Of a DNA stretch of 64,000 bases, positions 50,611 through 64,000 are shown piece by piece. The DNA lies in assembly GCA_028826165.1 (NCBI GenBank), contig JAPDFW010000147.1, positions 790,814 through 854,813 of the forward strand. Direction: 5' to 3'. Position 1 is the stretch's first letter. Each line of letters opens with the position of its first letter. The notes beneath the pieces are model-generated. The model was given only the letters and a program-made list of their open reading frames with translations. It ran no database searches and was not told the DNA's origin. The DNA comes from Anaeramoeba ignava BMAN (lineage: Eukaryota; Protista; Anaeramoebae). The position numbers and the translations under genes are program-made.

Positions 50611-51171
50611 TCACTTCATAATCAAAATAGCTTTCCCAACTTTTTCCATTTCTTCTTTTCCAACTAATTCATTAATAATTTTCAAAGCAAAAGGAATAGC
50701 AAAACCAGGACCTCTTGCAGTAATAACTTTACCATCTTGAAAAACATCATCTTGAACCAAAATACCTTCATTTTGCTCAATCAATTTATCAGTTCCAGGA
50801 TAACCACAACATTTAATCCCCTTAACAATCTTACAAGCATCAGCTAAAACAAAACCAGGAGCTGCACAGATTGCAGCTACACATTTACCAGCTTTGAAGT
50901 ATTTTTTAACTAGTTCAATCACTGTTTGATTTGCTGCTAAATTTTTTGTTCCTGGCATTCCTCCTGGTAAAATAATTGCATCAAATTCTTCTTCTTTTAC
51001 TTCTTCTAATAGTGAATCAACTCCAAATGATATTCCTCGTGATCCTTTTATCGTCTTTTTTCCAATTCCTGCTATTGTTACTTCAATTCCTGCTCTTCTT
51101 AATAAATCAATTGGTGTAATTGCTTCAATTTCTTCAAATCCTTCAGCTAAAATTATTAAAGCTTTTACCAT
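50611..51171 (-). CDS. DJ-1/YajL/ThiJ family protein (glyoxalase/deglycase)
   Basis: LAEGFEEIEA..IDLLRRAG, IILPGGMPG, AAICAAP, ITARGPG. Intronless. Confidence 0.93.
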   Translation of the reverse strand: MVKALIILAEGFEEIEAITPIDLLRRAGIEVTIAGIGKKTIKGSRGISFGVDSLLEEVKEEEFDAIILPGGMPGTKNLAANQTVIELVKKYFKAGKCVAAICAAPGFVLADACKIVKGIKCCGYPGTDKLIEQNEGILVQDDVFQDGKVITARGPGFAIPFALKIINELVGKEEMEKVGKAILIMK

Positions 51172-51263
51172 TTTGTTTCAAAAAAAAAATGAAATCCAAA
51201 AAATCCAAAATATTTATTTGAAATATTTATTTGAAAAATCATTTCAAAAAATCATTTGAAAAA

Positions 51264-52748
51264 TCATTTCAAGTAAATTTCAATTTCTTCAATTTCCCAA
51301 CTAAAAGATCCTCCAAAAAAACTTCTTGATTCAGATGAACGATATCTCATTTCAGAAGGAAGTTGATAAACAAATCCAAAATCAGATCCACCTCTCTTCA
51401 AATTTGGATGAATACCAATATCGGAATATTGAATAGAGGATATAGAAGGTGCAAACGATCCAAAAATAGGACCAGAAGAAGAAATTGATTCAACTGCACT
51501 CTTGATTCTGTCAGGATAAATGGGAAATTTTGAAGGAGGAAAATTTGATGGATTTTTCAAAGTGAAAAGAAATGCAAATTCATCTTTCAACAAACCAGGA
51601 CTTCCTGATTTAAAACCAACAGAAGTAAAACCGCCAAAAATAAACCCGTCTTTCGTCTTGATAAAAACTAAAGTAGATCCTTTATCATCGCATGCATTAT
51701 GGAAAGCTCTGCTTGAAAATCCATCTCTTTGAGCTGAAAATCCAAGCGAATTCACATGCAAAATGTCGGGATCAGGAACCCATTGCCTCACAATTTGGAT
51801 ATATTCCCAATCCTTTAAAATACGCGAATTCAAACGTATTCTTGAATTGAAAATTAATGATCCATCTTTTTCAGCTTCTTCTTGGAATTTCTGTAAATAA
51901 ACTAAATTCTTGGTTTTTTTCCCAATTTTATTTGAACGAAATTGCTGCATTTTTTCACTAATTGATTTCGGAACAATATCCATATCAAAAATATATGACA
52001 GCTCCTTTTCTTGGATGTCAATAAAACGTATTTTATGCAAAATATTTTTCAAATTATTCTTCAATTCCAATTTTTCATTTGAATCCAAATCTTTCGTTTC
52101 TTTTTCAATCATTGATTTGTGTTTTCCCCAGTTAATTAACCCATAAAAAATATCAATCTCATCAACCATAATCTGATCATTTGATAAAATTAGATTTAAA
52201 TGATTTTCTTCGAGATCTTGAAATGCAAAACTTTTCACAATTTCTCCAAAATGATCCAAAATAAATTGATAACAAAAAGATGCAATATTTTGCAAATTCA
52301 ATGATTCACAAATTTTTAAAAGATCAACAACATTTTCCACTTGACAATTTTCCTTAATAAATTGTGAGGCAAATTGAATCAATTCATCAATTAAATACTT
52401 GGATGAAAAAATTAAAATTTCAACTGCATTTTCTAAATTAATTTCAATTTTTCCTGAATAAAAATAATTCAATATTGAAGATAAAATTGAACTTGAAAAA
52501 TCTTTTAGAATCAATTTGTTTTCTTGATATTCTTTCATTTTGGAATTAAACATGGATTTAAAATATGCACTTCTTGTAGAAAGAATTGATTTATGAGTTT
52601 TAAATGAAATTGGTTTTTTTTTTGTATTTTTTTGACAAATAATTTCAAAATCAAAATAATTTTCATTTTCATTTTCATTTTGATTTTGATTTTGAAATAA
52701 ATTTTTTAAATCATTTGAAAGTTTTTCTAAATTTGAATAAGTTTCCAT
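51264..52748 (-). CDS. BTB-BACK-TLDc domain protein (intronless)
   Basis: FKTHKSILSTRSAYFKSMF, BACK-like helices, FSAQRDGFSSRAFHNACDDKGSTLVFIKT..IFGGFT..GPIFG..SDI..WEIEEIEIY. Confidence 0.92.
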   Translation of the reverse strand: METYSNLEKLSNDLKNLFQNQNQNENENENYFDFEIICQKNTKKKPISFKTHKSILSTRSAYFKSMFNSKMKEYQENKLILKDFSSSILSSILNYFYSGKIEINLENAVEILIFSSKYLIDELIQFASQFIKENCQVENVVDLLKICESLNLQNIASFCYQFILDHFGEIVKSFAFQDLEENHLNLILSNDQIMVDEIDIFYGLINWGKHKSMIEKETKDLDSNEKLELKNNLKNILHKIRFIDIQEKELSYIFDMDIVPKSISEKMQQFRSNKIGKKTKNLVYLQKFQEEAEKDGSLIFNSRIRLNSRILKDWEYIQIVRQWVPDPDILHVNSLGFSAQRDGFSSRAFHNACDDKGSTLVFIKTKDGFIFGGFTSVGFKSGSPGLLKDEFAFLFTLKNPSNFPPSKFPIYPDRIKSAVESISSSGPIFGSFAPSISSIQYSDIGIHPNLKRGGSDFGFVYQLPSEMRYRSSESRSFFGGSFSWEIEEIEIYLK

Positions 52749-52869
52749 TTTTATTTAAAAATTTGGAAAAAAAAAAAAGAAAAATAAAAATTTTTTTTTC
52801 CTTTTTTTTTTTTATTTTCCTTTTTCATTTTTTTCTTAATTTAAAAAGAAAAATAAAAGTAAAAAGAAA

Positions 52870-55800
52870 ATGCTTCATATTTTTATTTTTCCTCAATCAA
52901 TAAAAAAATGTGGTCATAGTTCTAGGTTAACTTTCAAACTTACTAAAACGAAAGAAAAAAAAGATTCAATAAAATATCATGGAATTTATTTTGCTTCATT
53001 TGGAAAATTTATTAAAAATGAACAACTTAAAATTTATGGATTTTATACAAAAAAACAAAAAATGAATAAAAAAAATCTTTTATATTTGAATGAAAATGAA
53101 AATGAAAATGAAAATTTCTTTTATTTTTTTATTCAAAACCCAAAAAAAATCCATCAACCAAATTCGTTTCTTCTGAATTTTATTAAAGCAATACATAAAT
53201 TTGAATTACTTGAAAATTTTCAAAATGATTCTCAACAAAAAAAGGAAAATGCTTTTTGGGAAGGAATAACTTCATTTATTAAATATATTTTTTCATTAAT
53301 CAAAAGCAACAAATTAAATTTTTCTATTGAACAATTTTTCAAATCATTGATTCAAGATAAAAAACTAGAAATGGATATTAGATCAGATTTTTTAATAAGT
53401 TCCTTATGCTTATCAAAACAATTCACTCTTCAATCTAATCAAAACACAAATTATTTACTAAAATTTATCAATCAAACCAAAAACTTATTTAAAAAAGAAG
53501 AAATAAAATTCAAAATAGATATTCATTTTCTTATTTATCAAAGTTCGAACCAAGACACAAAATCAAATACGGGACCCATAAATCTAATTCATAATCTACT
53601 CATTTATCATATAAGTCAACATGCCTTATTATTTTTTCCAAGCTATTCCAATGAAATTACAAAAGAATTTTTGGATAATTTTCTTCAAAAAAATCAAAAT
53701 TATAAAAATTTCTTCGAACAAATTTGTCAATTAATCTTTCAATACAATGATCAAACACAACTCAATTTCAAATTATGGAACTTTTTTAATCCAGAATTTC
53801 ATAAAATGGGTAAAGATTTACAAGTTGAACTTTATGAATATTTGAAAAAGAAACAAAATCTTTCCAGTCATTTACGTTTTAATAATTTTCAAGATTTCCT
53901 TTCTAAAATAATTTCAAAATTTCAATCAGAAAATTTAAATCAATGTTATGATTATTGGAAAGAATTTTATCAAAATTTCAATACATTTGATAATGAGAAT
54001 TCTTATAATGATAATGATCATAAGATACTTCTTTCTTTGATACAGAAAACACCCAGAAACAAATCATATTCAAATAAAAAACGAGAACCACTTCAAAAGG
54101 AAAAATTTAAAATTAAAAAGAAAAATTATTCAATAGAAGATCAAATTTGTGAGAATATCAAAAATCAACGTTTTTTCCAAAATCAAACAGATAAAATTTG
54201 CTTAGAAACGATTAATTCAAAAATTCATCTTTTGATAAAAGACTCTCCAGAATTTCTTAGCAAATTTATTTCTGAATTTACACAAGATAAATGCAAATCA
54301 TTTATTCAAAATAAAAATGTGAAAATTTCCTCAAATCAAAATCAACCAAAACAAATTTTAGAAGAATATTTTTCTGATATGGAATTACTTCAAAAAATCC
54401 CTCAAGAATTAATAAGTTCAGATCATAATTTATCATCAAATCTCCAAAATTATTTATCAAATATCCAAAATTATTTCAAACACAAAATTGATTTTAACAA
54501 AATTTCATTTTTAAAATTTTCAAAATTAATGGAAAACCAAAAATTTTATCAGAAAATTTGGAAATTATTTTCCTCAGAATCATTTAAAATTGCTCAACAA
54601 AAACTTCAACATTTATTAATTTATAAGACAATTTGTCAAGAATTTGCAACTTTAACTTGCTTAAATGAAAATGTTATTTCATCCCTTGAAAATATTTTGT
54701 ATCAATTCCAAAAAATTGAATTGTCACAATTTAAAACTTTATTTCCCAAATTTAATCAAGAAATTAACACAAGAATTCAAATAATGAGAAGTTTGGAAAT
54801 TAAACAATCCAATGAAAAGGAAGAAATACAAAAAAATATCTCTAATGTGATTGATGAATTTGAAACTTCAAATAAAATTTTTGAAAATGCAATTCGTTTT
54901 TTTCAGCAATTAGCAAATGAGTTGAATCAATCAATTAATTTTTTTCAAATAACATCTCAGAAGTTTCAAGAACAAAATCCGAATATGAAAAAATTATTTA
55001 TAAAAATAAATGAAATAAATGAAGAAATTAAATTATCAATTGAAAATTTTGAACAATATAATACAATAAATCAATCTATAAAGGAATCAATAGAAAAAAT
55101 AGCAAAATTTGGTAAAATAAATAAAGAAATTGGAGAAAATATTCAGTTTGTAATTAAAAATTTTCAAAAATCTGGAGAAATTGAAAAAATTATGCAAGAA
55201 AATAATAAAATTGAAATATCATTCAAAAAAATGAATCAAATTAAAAAAGAAATAAATAAAACAAAATCAATTACAAAAGTTGAACAATCTATCCAAGATT
55301 TAGGAATTGATTTAAATTTCTTTTCGAAAATTTATCATTTAAAGAATTGGGATATTTTTCGAATTTACATTTGGGAAAAAGCAAACAATTATTTAAAACA
55401 AAGACAAAAACAAAAAGCTTCATTACAAGAATTTCAAGATATTTTAGTTCAAGTAATAAAAGAATTTCTAAAATATTTTCAATTACTTTTTTCAGAAGAA
55501 CAACTTGATTCAATATTTAATGGACTTTCATTAAAAAATAATCAAAATGAAGAAAATATTATTCAAAATTCATTCCAAAATAATGAAAATCAAAATCAAA
55601 ATCAAAATATTATTCAAAATTCATTCCAAAATAATCAAAATCAAAATGAAGAAAATATTATCCAAAATTCATTCCAAAATAATGAAAATCAAAATCAAGA
55701 AAATATTATCCAAAATTCATTCCAACTTATTCGTTCGTTTTATCCTAATTTAAATTTTGATCAATTCAAATCATTAAAATCATCTTTTCAAAAAATATTG

Positions 55801-58800
55801 GAAAATTCAAATTTGAATAATTTTTCAGAATTATATAATTTCTTTGATAAAATTAAAACCAAAGAATTTGAAAATATTAAAGATGAATTTAAATTAATAC
55901 AGGAAACAATCCAACAAAGAAAAATTGAAATTGAAATTGAATTTGAATTTGAAATTGAAAATCAAAATAAATTTAACCAAATTTTTGAACAATATGGAAA
56001 TTCAATTGAAGAAACCAAATTTTTCTTTTATAAATTAGAAAATGAAATTGAAGTTTATGAAATTATTACAACTCTTTATTTTGGATATTGCAAACATTTC
56101 CCATTAAAAGAGAATGTTTTGATATGTGATTTTAATCAAACAAAGAAATCAGATATTGAAAAATTTATTAATATTTACAAATTTTATAACAAATTATTTT
56201 ATTTAAATCAAAATCAAAATCAAAAATATTTGTTTTCAATTATTCATTCACAAAGATTATCAAAAAAATGTTCTAAATTTTTATTACAAGAACTTGAAAA
56301 AATTAATTATGAAAAAGAAATTTGTTTTCCTTTAATAATTTTCTTTTATGAAAAATATTGGAAGTTTTGATATTGTTAAGAATTTTCCTTATTCGTTAAT
56401 ATCATGTCAAATCAATCCTCTTTCTACAAAAATTATCAAAAATATTTCAATCAAAATCTAAATTTTATCAAAACAAAAAGTTTTTACTTCACAATTAGCT
56501 GGAATGGGAAAAACCTATCAAATTCAAAAAGAAATTTATCAAAAATCTCAAGAAAACCAAAATAAATATTTCCAAATTTTCATTACAAATGGAAATCCAA
56601 TTGAATTTATTGAAAAAATTAACGAATATCTTAATAAAATCAATTATTCAGCACATTTCAAAATTGATAATCCAGAAAATATTATCAAATATTTACATAT
56701 CAAATTATACTTTTTACCAAATTTGAAAATGATGAATTTAATTTGGAATTTAATCATTTGGAATTTAGTTGAAAGCAAAAGAAAAATTACAAATAATTTC
56801 ATTTGGAATTCAGATCCATCTTATTTTTTTGCTTTTGAAATTCCAAGTAATCGTAAAAAAAATTCAGAAAATGGATTAAATGATTTTCCACTTTTAAAAT
56901 GGTTAGAAGAAAAGCAATGCCAATTCTCTTCAAATGAATTTTCTTTTACAAAATATAAACTTAATCAATCTTTTGAAATTATTGAAGATGATGAGCATAA
57001 ACAAAAAATGAACGAAGTTGCTCAATTTATTAAACAAAATATTGATTATTTCCAAGAATTTGAAAACAGAAAAAATATTAAAGATGAAAAAGAAACTTTC
57101 AAATTTATTCAAAAAAGATTTTCAGAAAAGCTTCCTGGTCAACCATTAACTTATAGATTAATAATGAATTTTACACAAATTTTGAAAAAGAATATTGATT
57201 TCTTGAAAGATTATTTTTCAATAGAAAACTTTCAAAATAAGGATGAAACAATTATGAAGAAATATTTTGGAAATTTATTGAAATTTTATTTCTTTTCAAT
57301 TATTAATATTGTGGCAAGATTTCTTAAATGGAGCACAAAAGATATTGATTCTAATTCAAATATTTTGGAATATTTTTCTACTTTATTAAAAGAAAAAGTT
57401 AAATGGGAAGATAGAATGCTTTATTTACCAATATTTTCAAATATTAGAAAAAATGATATTGAAATGAATTTAATAAGCAATCAAAAAATCAAAAATTTAT
57501 TTGATCAAAACATTCAAAAATATTTTGATAAAAAACTAAATTTTTATGAAAATGATGAAAATGATAAAAATGATAAAAATAATAAAAATAATGAAAATGA
57601 TAAAAATGATAAAAATAATAAAAATGATAAAAATGATAAAAATGATAAAAATGATAAAAATGATAAAAATGATAAAAATATAAAATTGTTTCATTCCTTA
57701 AATCCAAATCCAAATCAAAATTTAAATTTAAAATCAATTATCGAAAACGAAAATCAAAATCAAAATCAAAATCAAAATCAAAATCAAAATCAAAATCAAA
57801 ATCAAAATCAAAATCAAAATCAAAATGAAAAAATAAGAGAATTTATATTCAATCCAATTAATATTATGAAACTTTTATATATCCAATTTAAATTATTTGC
57901 AAAACTTCCTATTATTTTTGAAGGAGGAAATAAAAAAGAAAGATTAATTATGATTAAATATCTTTCTGAAGAAATTATGAAACAAAAAATATTGATTCAA
58001 AAAATCAAACCAACAACAAAACCAGAAGAAATTATTAATATTATTACAACAGCTGGAAATTATGTAACTTCAAGTTCAGAAATCAATGTTTTCTTTGATG
58101 AAATTAATAGAGGATCAAAAGAATGTATTATTTTATTGAAGGAAATTTTATTAGAACGTTATATTAAAGATACAAGGATATCAAATCAAATCAATTTATT
58201 AGCTTCAATTAAATCCTTTTCAGTAAACAAATATAATAAATATGATAGTAAAGATCTAAATAAAAATAAATATAAAAGAAAAGAAATTGATAAAAACATC
58301 ATTTCAAAATTACAAGTTATTCCTGATTCATTTTTTGAAGATATTTATGATTTTGGAAAACCAATTGAATCAGAAGAATCAATTACTTCTCTTATAATTT
58401 ATAAAGTACTTGAAAAGCTTGAAATATTTAAAAAATTAAAAGAAAATTCAATTACAAAAAGTGTAAATTTATTAATTAAAAGATTATTTTTATTTTATCA
58501 AGATTATATTCAAAATGAAAATGATGAAAATTTAAATTTAAATGAAAATGAAAATGAAAATTTATCCATATTTCTCAAAATATTTAAATGGATTTTAAAC
58601 AATGAGATTGATATAAAATTAGAAAATGAAAATCAAAATCAAAATCAAAATCAAAATCAAAAAGAAAAAGAAAATGATATAGAATATTTATTTGAAAGAA
58701 TTACAAAATCTATTTTGATTAGTTTATTTGTTGTTTATAAATCTAAATTCAAACCAAAATTAAATAAACAACAATTCTTTCAAAATCTAAAAGAATATCT

Positions 58801-61800
58801 CAAGAAATACAATGTTGGAGAAATTGGGGAATATTTCCAAAAAATTAATATTCAAAAATATCTTGATCCAATGATAGAAAATTTAATTGAAAAACTTGAT
58901 ATTAAAGATAAAGCAGAAAAAAAACATATAGGAATTAATCAAAGATTGAAAGAAAATATTTTTTTCATATTTATTTGTTGTTTTAGTCAAATTCCTTTAT
59001 ATATAATTGGAGAATCAGGTAAAATCAAAAAACAAAAATCAAATTTATTTATTTATTTATTTATTAATTTACTTAATAATAAATAGGAAGTTCAAAAGTA
59101 ACAAGTCTTGAGTTTATTTTGGAATTATTCAATCAAAGAGATAAAGAAAATAAACCAAAATTTTCACTTTCACTTTCACTTCCACATTTAAAAGAATTTG
59201 AAATTCCAAGTAATAAATTAATTGAATCAAATAAAATTAAAGATATATTTAAGAAAATTAGTAAAGAAATTGATGAAAATACAATAAATGTTATCACATT
59301 AAAAGAAATTAATGTTTTCAAAAAGAAGTTTTAATAACTTTTTGTTCTGAAATTGAAAATAATGAGCTGATAAAACCATCAGTAATAATTTTATCAAATT
59401 CTGAATTTCAATTACCAATTTTTATATTAAATTAAAATTGGAAAAAGAATGGAGACATATGAATTAGAACAAACAACAGAAAGTATTTTGAAATCATTTT
59501 CTAAAAACATTGCAGATTATCAAATCAAATTTTTGGTTAAAATTTTATCAGAATTTATAGAAATGAAAGTAAAATAATTTCCAAACAATTTGTTCAAATA
59601 TTAAAAGGAAGAAAACCTTCAAATCAAATTTATGGAATTCAAGATTATTATTCATTTATTAAAGATATTGATATTCAATTTCAAATGAACAACAAAAAGC
59701 AATTTTCGGATATTTATTTTGAATCTCTTTTTAAACATTTTGGAATTAGAGAAAATATATTAAATAATATCTTGAAACGTGAAAAATATAGAAGAATTTA
59801 TTGATATACCTAAATTTGATTTAATCAAATTATTAAAAGAAATTAGCAATAATAATGATAATAACAACCTTGAAAAGATATCAAGACATTTGATGATATT
59901 TATTCCAGATGTTTCCATTTTCTCAATTCTTTTATGAAAATTTTTCAATAATTCAGTTTTAATTTTTGAAACAAAAAGAAAATGAATTAAATTTTTAATT
60001 TGGAGAAAATTGAAAAATGTGTACAAAATGGTGAAACATTAGTTATTTTTAATTATCAAAAAATATATAATGCAATATATGATTTATTGAAACAAAATTA
60101 TAAAACTTATATTTATTCTTTAATTAATGAAAAAACAGAAAAAATTAATATTCATCCAAATTTCAAATTAATTATTATTACATCAAAAGCAATGAAATAT
60201 GAATTCAATCAACCTTATTTATTAAGCTTTTTTGAGAAATATTATTTTGATCTTTCTTATTTTCAAAATTTGGAAAAATATTTAAATTTAAAGCAAAAAA
60301 TTGAAACAGAGTTGATAAAACCAATAAAAAAGATACAAAAAAATGAAATTAGTAATGAAGAATTAATTATTGGATATAATGAAAATTTGATATATTCACT
60401 TATTTTAAAGTATCAAAAAGAAGAAGAAAAAGAAAAGAAAATATTGAAATTAATGAAAAATAAATTAATTGAATTTTTTAAAATTGAACAAATGATTGAA
60501 ATTTATTTATTAAATCAAAAACAAGAGCCACAAAAACAAAAATCTTCATTATCCAAAACTAAAAAAGAAATAGAGATTGATCAAGCTCAAAAAAAGATTG
60601 AAGAAAATATAAAATATTATTTTACCAAATTTGAAAGAGGATTTAGTGAATTATTTCAAGAAGAAATTGTAAAAAAAGAGAAAAAGAAATGGATCATTAT
60701 TACAATATGAAGAAATTGATATTCAAAATATTCAAAAACAAAATACTGATTATTCATTTCAAATTGAATATTTAGAAAAATTAAAAACAAAGAATATTTA
60801 ATTCAAAAATCCAAGATGAACAAAAATGATAAATTTGTGTTATTTATTGATGTTAAACAAAATGAAATGAAGAGTTTTTATGAAATGAAAATGATGATTG
60901 ATCACAAATTTTCTGAAAGCAATAACAACAATAATGAAAATGAAAATGAAAATAATAATAATAATAATAATAATCAAAATGAAATTGAAATTGAAAATGA
61001 AAATTTGATTATATCAAAAGGAAAAAGTTGTTATGTGATATTCATTATTCATTTATTACCAAATTATAAAAAAAAATTTAATTTTAGTTTTAATTTTGAA
61101 AAAAATTGGGAATATTCATATCAAGATACATTTACAAAAGAAGTAGAAATTCCAAATCCAAATTTAACAGAATCAATAGATTATTTTGAAGAATTAAAAA
61201 AATTTGGAAAATTAAAATCAATTTGTGAGCAAGTATTTAAAATAGCTCTTTCAAGAATAATTGATTTAACACAAGAAATTTTCAAAAACAATTTAATAAA
61301 ACAAAAATTTTGGGAAATCAATCAGATAATTTTTCAATGAAATAGAGACAATTATAAAAAGAAAATGATTATAGTTCTGAATGGGATTTAAAAATTATCA
61401 AAAACAAAATAATGGAGGATCATTCCAAAATTTTATATTGAAAAATTTAAATATGTTATTATTGAAGTTATGGAAAACTTTTTAGAAAATCAAAATCAAA
61501 ATCAAAATCAAAAAGAAAATCAAAATGAAAATGAATTACAAATGAATGAAAAAGAAAAATATTTTTGGAAAATAATGAAAAACAGATGATGATTGATAAA
61601 ATATCCAAAGAATTAATTGAAAGATTATTTTGTGAAGAATCTGGTTATCAAAAATTTACATTTGTAAACCATCTCAAAAAGCAAAAATTGATTTATTTAA
61701 CACTTGAAGAAAATATAAATGAGAAAAATGTAATATTTGTGGGGAAAAGATTAAGAGCAGATCAAACACATTTCCAAAAATACGAGAAAGGAATATTCAA

Positions 61801-64000
61801 AAATACAGGAAAGAAATTGAAGATATTTTCCAAAAATTTGGAGAATATTTAATAGATTATTCAGAATTCATTTCACGAAAATTCATTTTAGAAAAAGGAA
61901 ACAAAAGGAAATTTTTGAGTTTCAATTAATAGACAAATTTGAAGAATATTTAAAAGAAAAAGGAATAATGTTTTCAATGATGAATATGGAAAATATGTTT
62001 TATTTGATACACGAAAAAATGTTGAGGAATTTATTTTCTATAATAAAAGAAAATCAAGAATACCAACAAGAATTATTGGAATTTATTGATAAAAAGATGA
62101 GTGAAAAGAATTTAAAAATAATAAGAACAAATCCAGAAAATGCTATTCTTTATTCATGTGTTAAAGTTATAAATGAAGATGAAAAATTACAAAAAATTAT
62201 AATCTTAAATAATAATAATAATAAACAATTATTATCAAAAGAAAATAAGCCAATAAATATAATAGTGGCTTATATCCAAGATGGATTTCCTCTTTCTAAA
62301 ATTATCAAATTTATACGAAAACGCAGACAATGTTTAAATAAACCAAAGAAATTTACTTCAAGATTCAAAAATAGTTTATCGAAAAAAACAGGGCAAGAAT
62401 GGTTAAAGTTTATTTTTAATGAAATTGAAAAATCAAAAGGAAGATTACAGTTGATACATTTTATCCAAAATGAAATTCCTGAAAAGTTAAAAAATAATTC
62501 AATTTCACAATCTATTTTATTATCAATAAAAAGAAAATTTGATTAAAATTAATATTCAAGAAAAGAAAAAGAAACTTCATTACTATATTATTATGAAAAA
62601 CAAATGGGAAATGATTTATCAACACAGTTCCAAAAATCTCATGTTTCATTTCCTTCTGAATATAATAAAGTTATCTTCTTCAAAATTTATTCTCATTTTT
62701 GGAATATTGAAAACAATTTGAAAGCAAAGAAGTATTCAAAATGGCAATTCATTCTATTGAATTTTTAATTATTTAAAACTTGAACCTTTTGATTTTTATT
62801 TTCATCAGATCTATTATTTGAAGTTGAGAAGAAGGATTAAAAAGAAAAACTTGAAAATTTATATTGGCCAACAATGGGATCTCATCCATTCAATAAAGAA
62901 TTTAGAAAAGAAACAAAAATTGGAAAATTTGTGAAAAAGGGCATTTGAATTTTATTAAATTTTCCAAACTTAAATTACAAAATTGGTGTGAATTTTTGCA
63001 AAATCAAAATTACAAGAAAAAGGAAATTAAACAGAATTTTTGAAATTTATTATCTTATTCAGTTTCCAAATTTCCAAATGAAAATATAGGATATACATTA
63101 AGAAGAATGAACCCAATTACTTTCAGAATATTCGATTATTGATGCATTTATCTATTATTTCTGTTTCAATAATATCTGATAAGTTTTCTAATTTTTCATT
63201 CAGCTTATCAATAATTTGTGTTTTAAACCGAAAAGCAAAAGAAGAATTAATTCAACAATTATTTGGTCATATTCAGAATGATTTAACGATTTTATCAAAA
63301 TTAATTAATACCCAATTAATAGAGCAATTTATTATTTCCATGAAACATTAAATATATTATTAGATTTGAAAATTCCAAAGTTGTTACTAAACAAAGATTT
63401 TTAAGGAAACTGAAGCAAGAAACTCATTTGAAACATTTTTCAATAATGTTGTTAATGAAAAACATCAATTTATAATGAATAAAATCAAAAATAAAGCAGA
63501 AGATCCAATTTGGAGAAAATTACAACAAAAATCCCAAAAATTAAATTTATTTGATTTACCAAACCAGATTTCTATTCAATAATCAATTTATTTTATCAAC
63601 AAAAAAACAACAGAAAAAGATAATTATCCATTGATTGAGTTTATAATTTCAAATCAAAAATTTGATGATATTGAATTTATTTGAAGGATTTATGAAATTT
63701 TGCAAATTTTTAATTAAAAATTAACTGAAAAGATCAAAAAGAGAAATCAAATCAAATTACTATCAAAAGAACTAATTGAAAAGATCAAAAAGAGAAAATC
63801 AAATCAAATTACTATCAAAGAAATATTTGAAAATGAAAAAGAAGAGAAATCAAATCAAATTACTATCAAAGAAATATTTGAAAATGAAAAAAGAGAAATC
63901 AAATCAAATTACTATCAAAGAATTATTTGAAAATGAAAAAGAAGATGTTCAAGAATATTTTTCATCATTTAAAAATTTGGGAACTTATTATATCAGAAGT
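52870..64000 (+). pseudogene. Giant RNF213 (mysterin)-like AAA+ protein gene, fragmented by many frameshifts (pseudogene or assembly errors); runs off the window
   Basis: Consecutive + ORFs contain FTSQLAGMGKT, VFFDEIN, RLKENIFFIFICCFSQIPLYIIGES|GSSK (intron about 59019-59086), GIQDYYSFIK, CVQNGETLVIFN..IYDLLKQNY, IHPNFKLIII, matching the order of RNF213-type AAA modules. Confidence 0.65.
63725..63940. repeat. ~50-nt tandem repeat, 4 copies
   Basis: agagaaatcaaatcaaattactatcaaagaa.. repeated. Confidence 0.75.

Overview
Extremely AT-rich, intron-rich eukaryotic genomic DNA with the standard code and GT-AG introns, many swollen by simple repeats, plus NQ-rich low-complexity proteins. The style and gene content (BTB-TLDc paralogs, beta-MPP, RNF213-like giant gene) suggest an anaerobic protist such as Anaeramoeba; this is inference only. 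About 21 protein genes and one tRNA-Met are supported: YAK1-like kinase, RNF5/RMA E3, an N/Q/V-rich protein, beta-MPP, two BTB-TLDc genes, neurochondrin, SAM synthetase, PPWD1, SPFH/stomatin, proteasome beta5, TTBK/CK1 kinase, mini Qc-SNARE, membrane-tethered bZIP-like protein, Nse2/Mms21, CINP-like protein, rhomboid, sirtuin, a bacterial-type hydrolase, DJ-1/YajL and a fragmented RNF213-like gene. Main discovery: the 5.2-kb AT 'satellite' at 10285-15521 lies inside the TLDc domain of a BTB-TLDc gene. On the coding strand it reads as 29 near-identical ~176-nt GT...AG introns separated by 28 micro-exons of 3 nt (one reads as 5 nt at its upstream AG), with 8 different triplets. This is a candidate combinatorial loop-diversification system. 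Second highlight: a GC-richer, strongly structured intron in SAM synthetase that hides a cryptic 3' splice site leading straight into a stop codon, a candidate SAM-feedback splicing switch.
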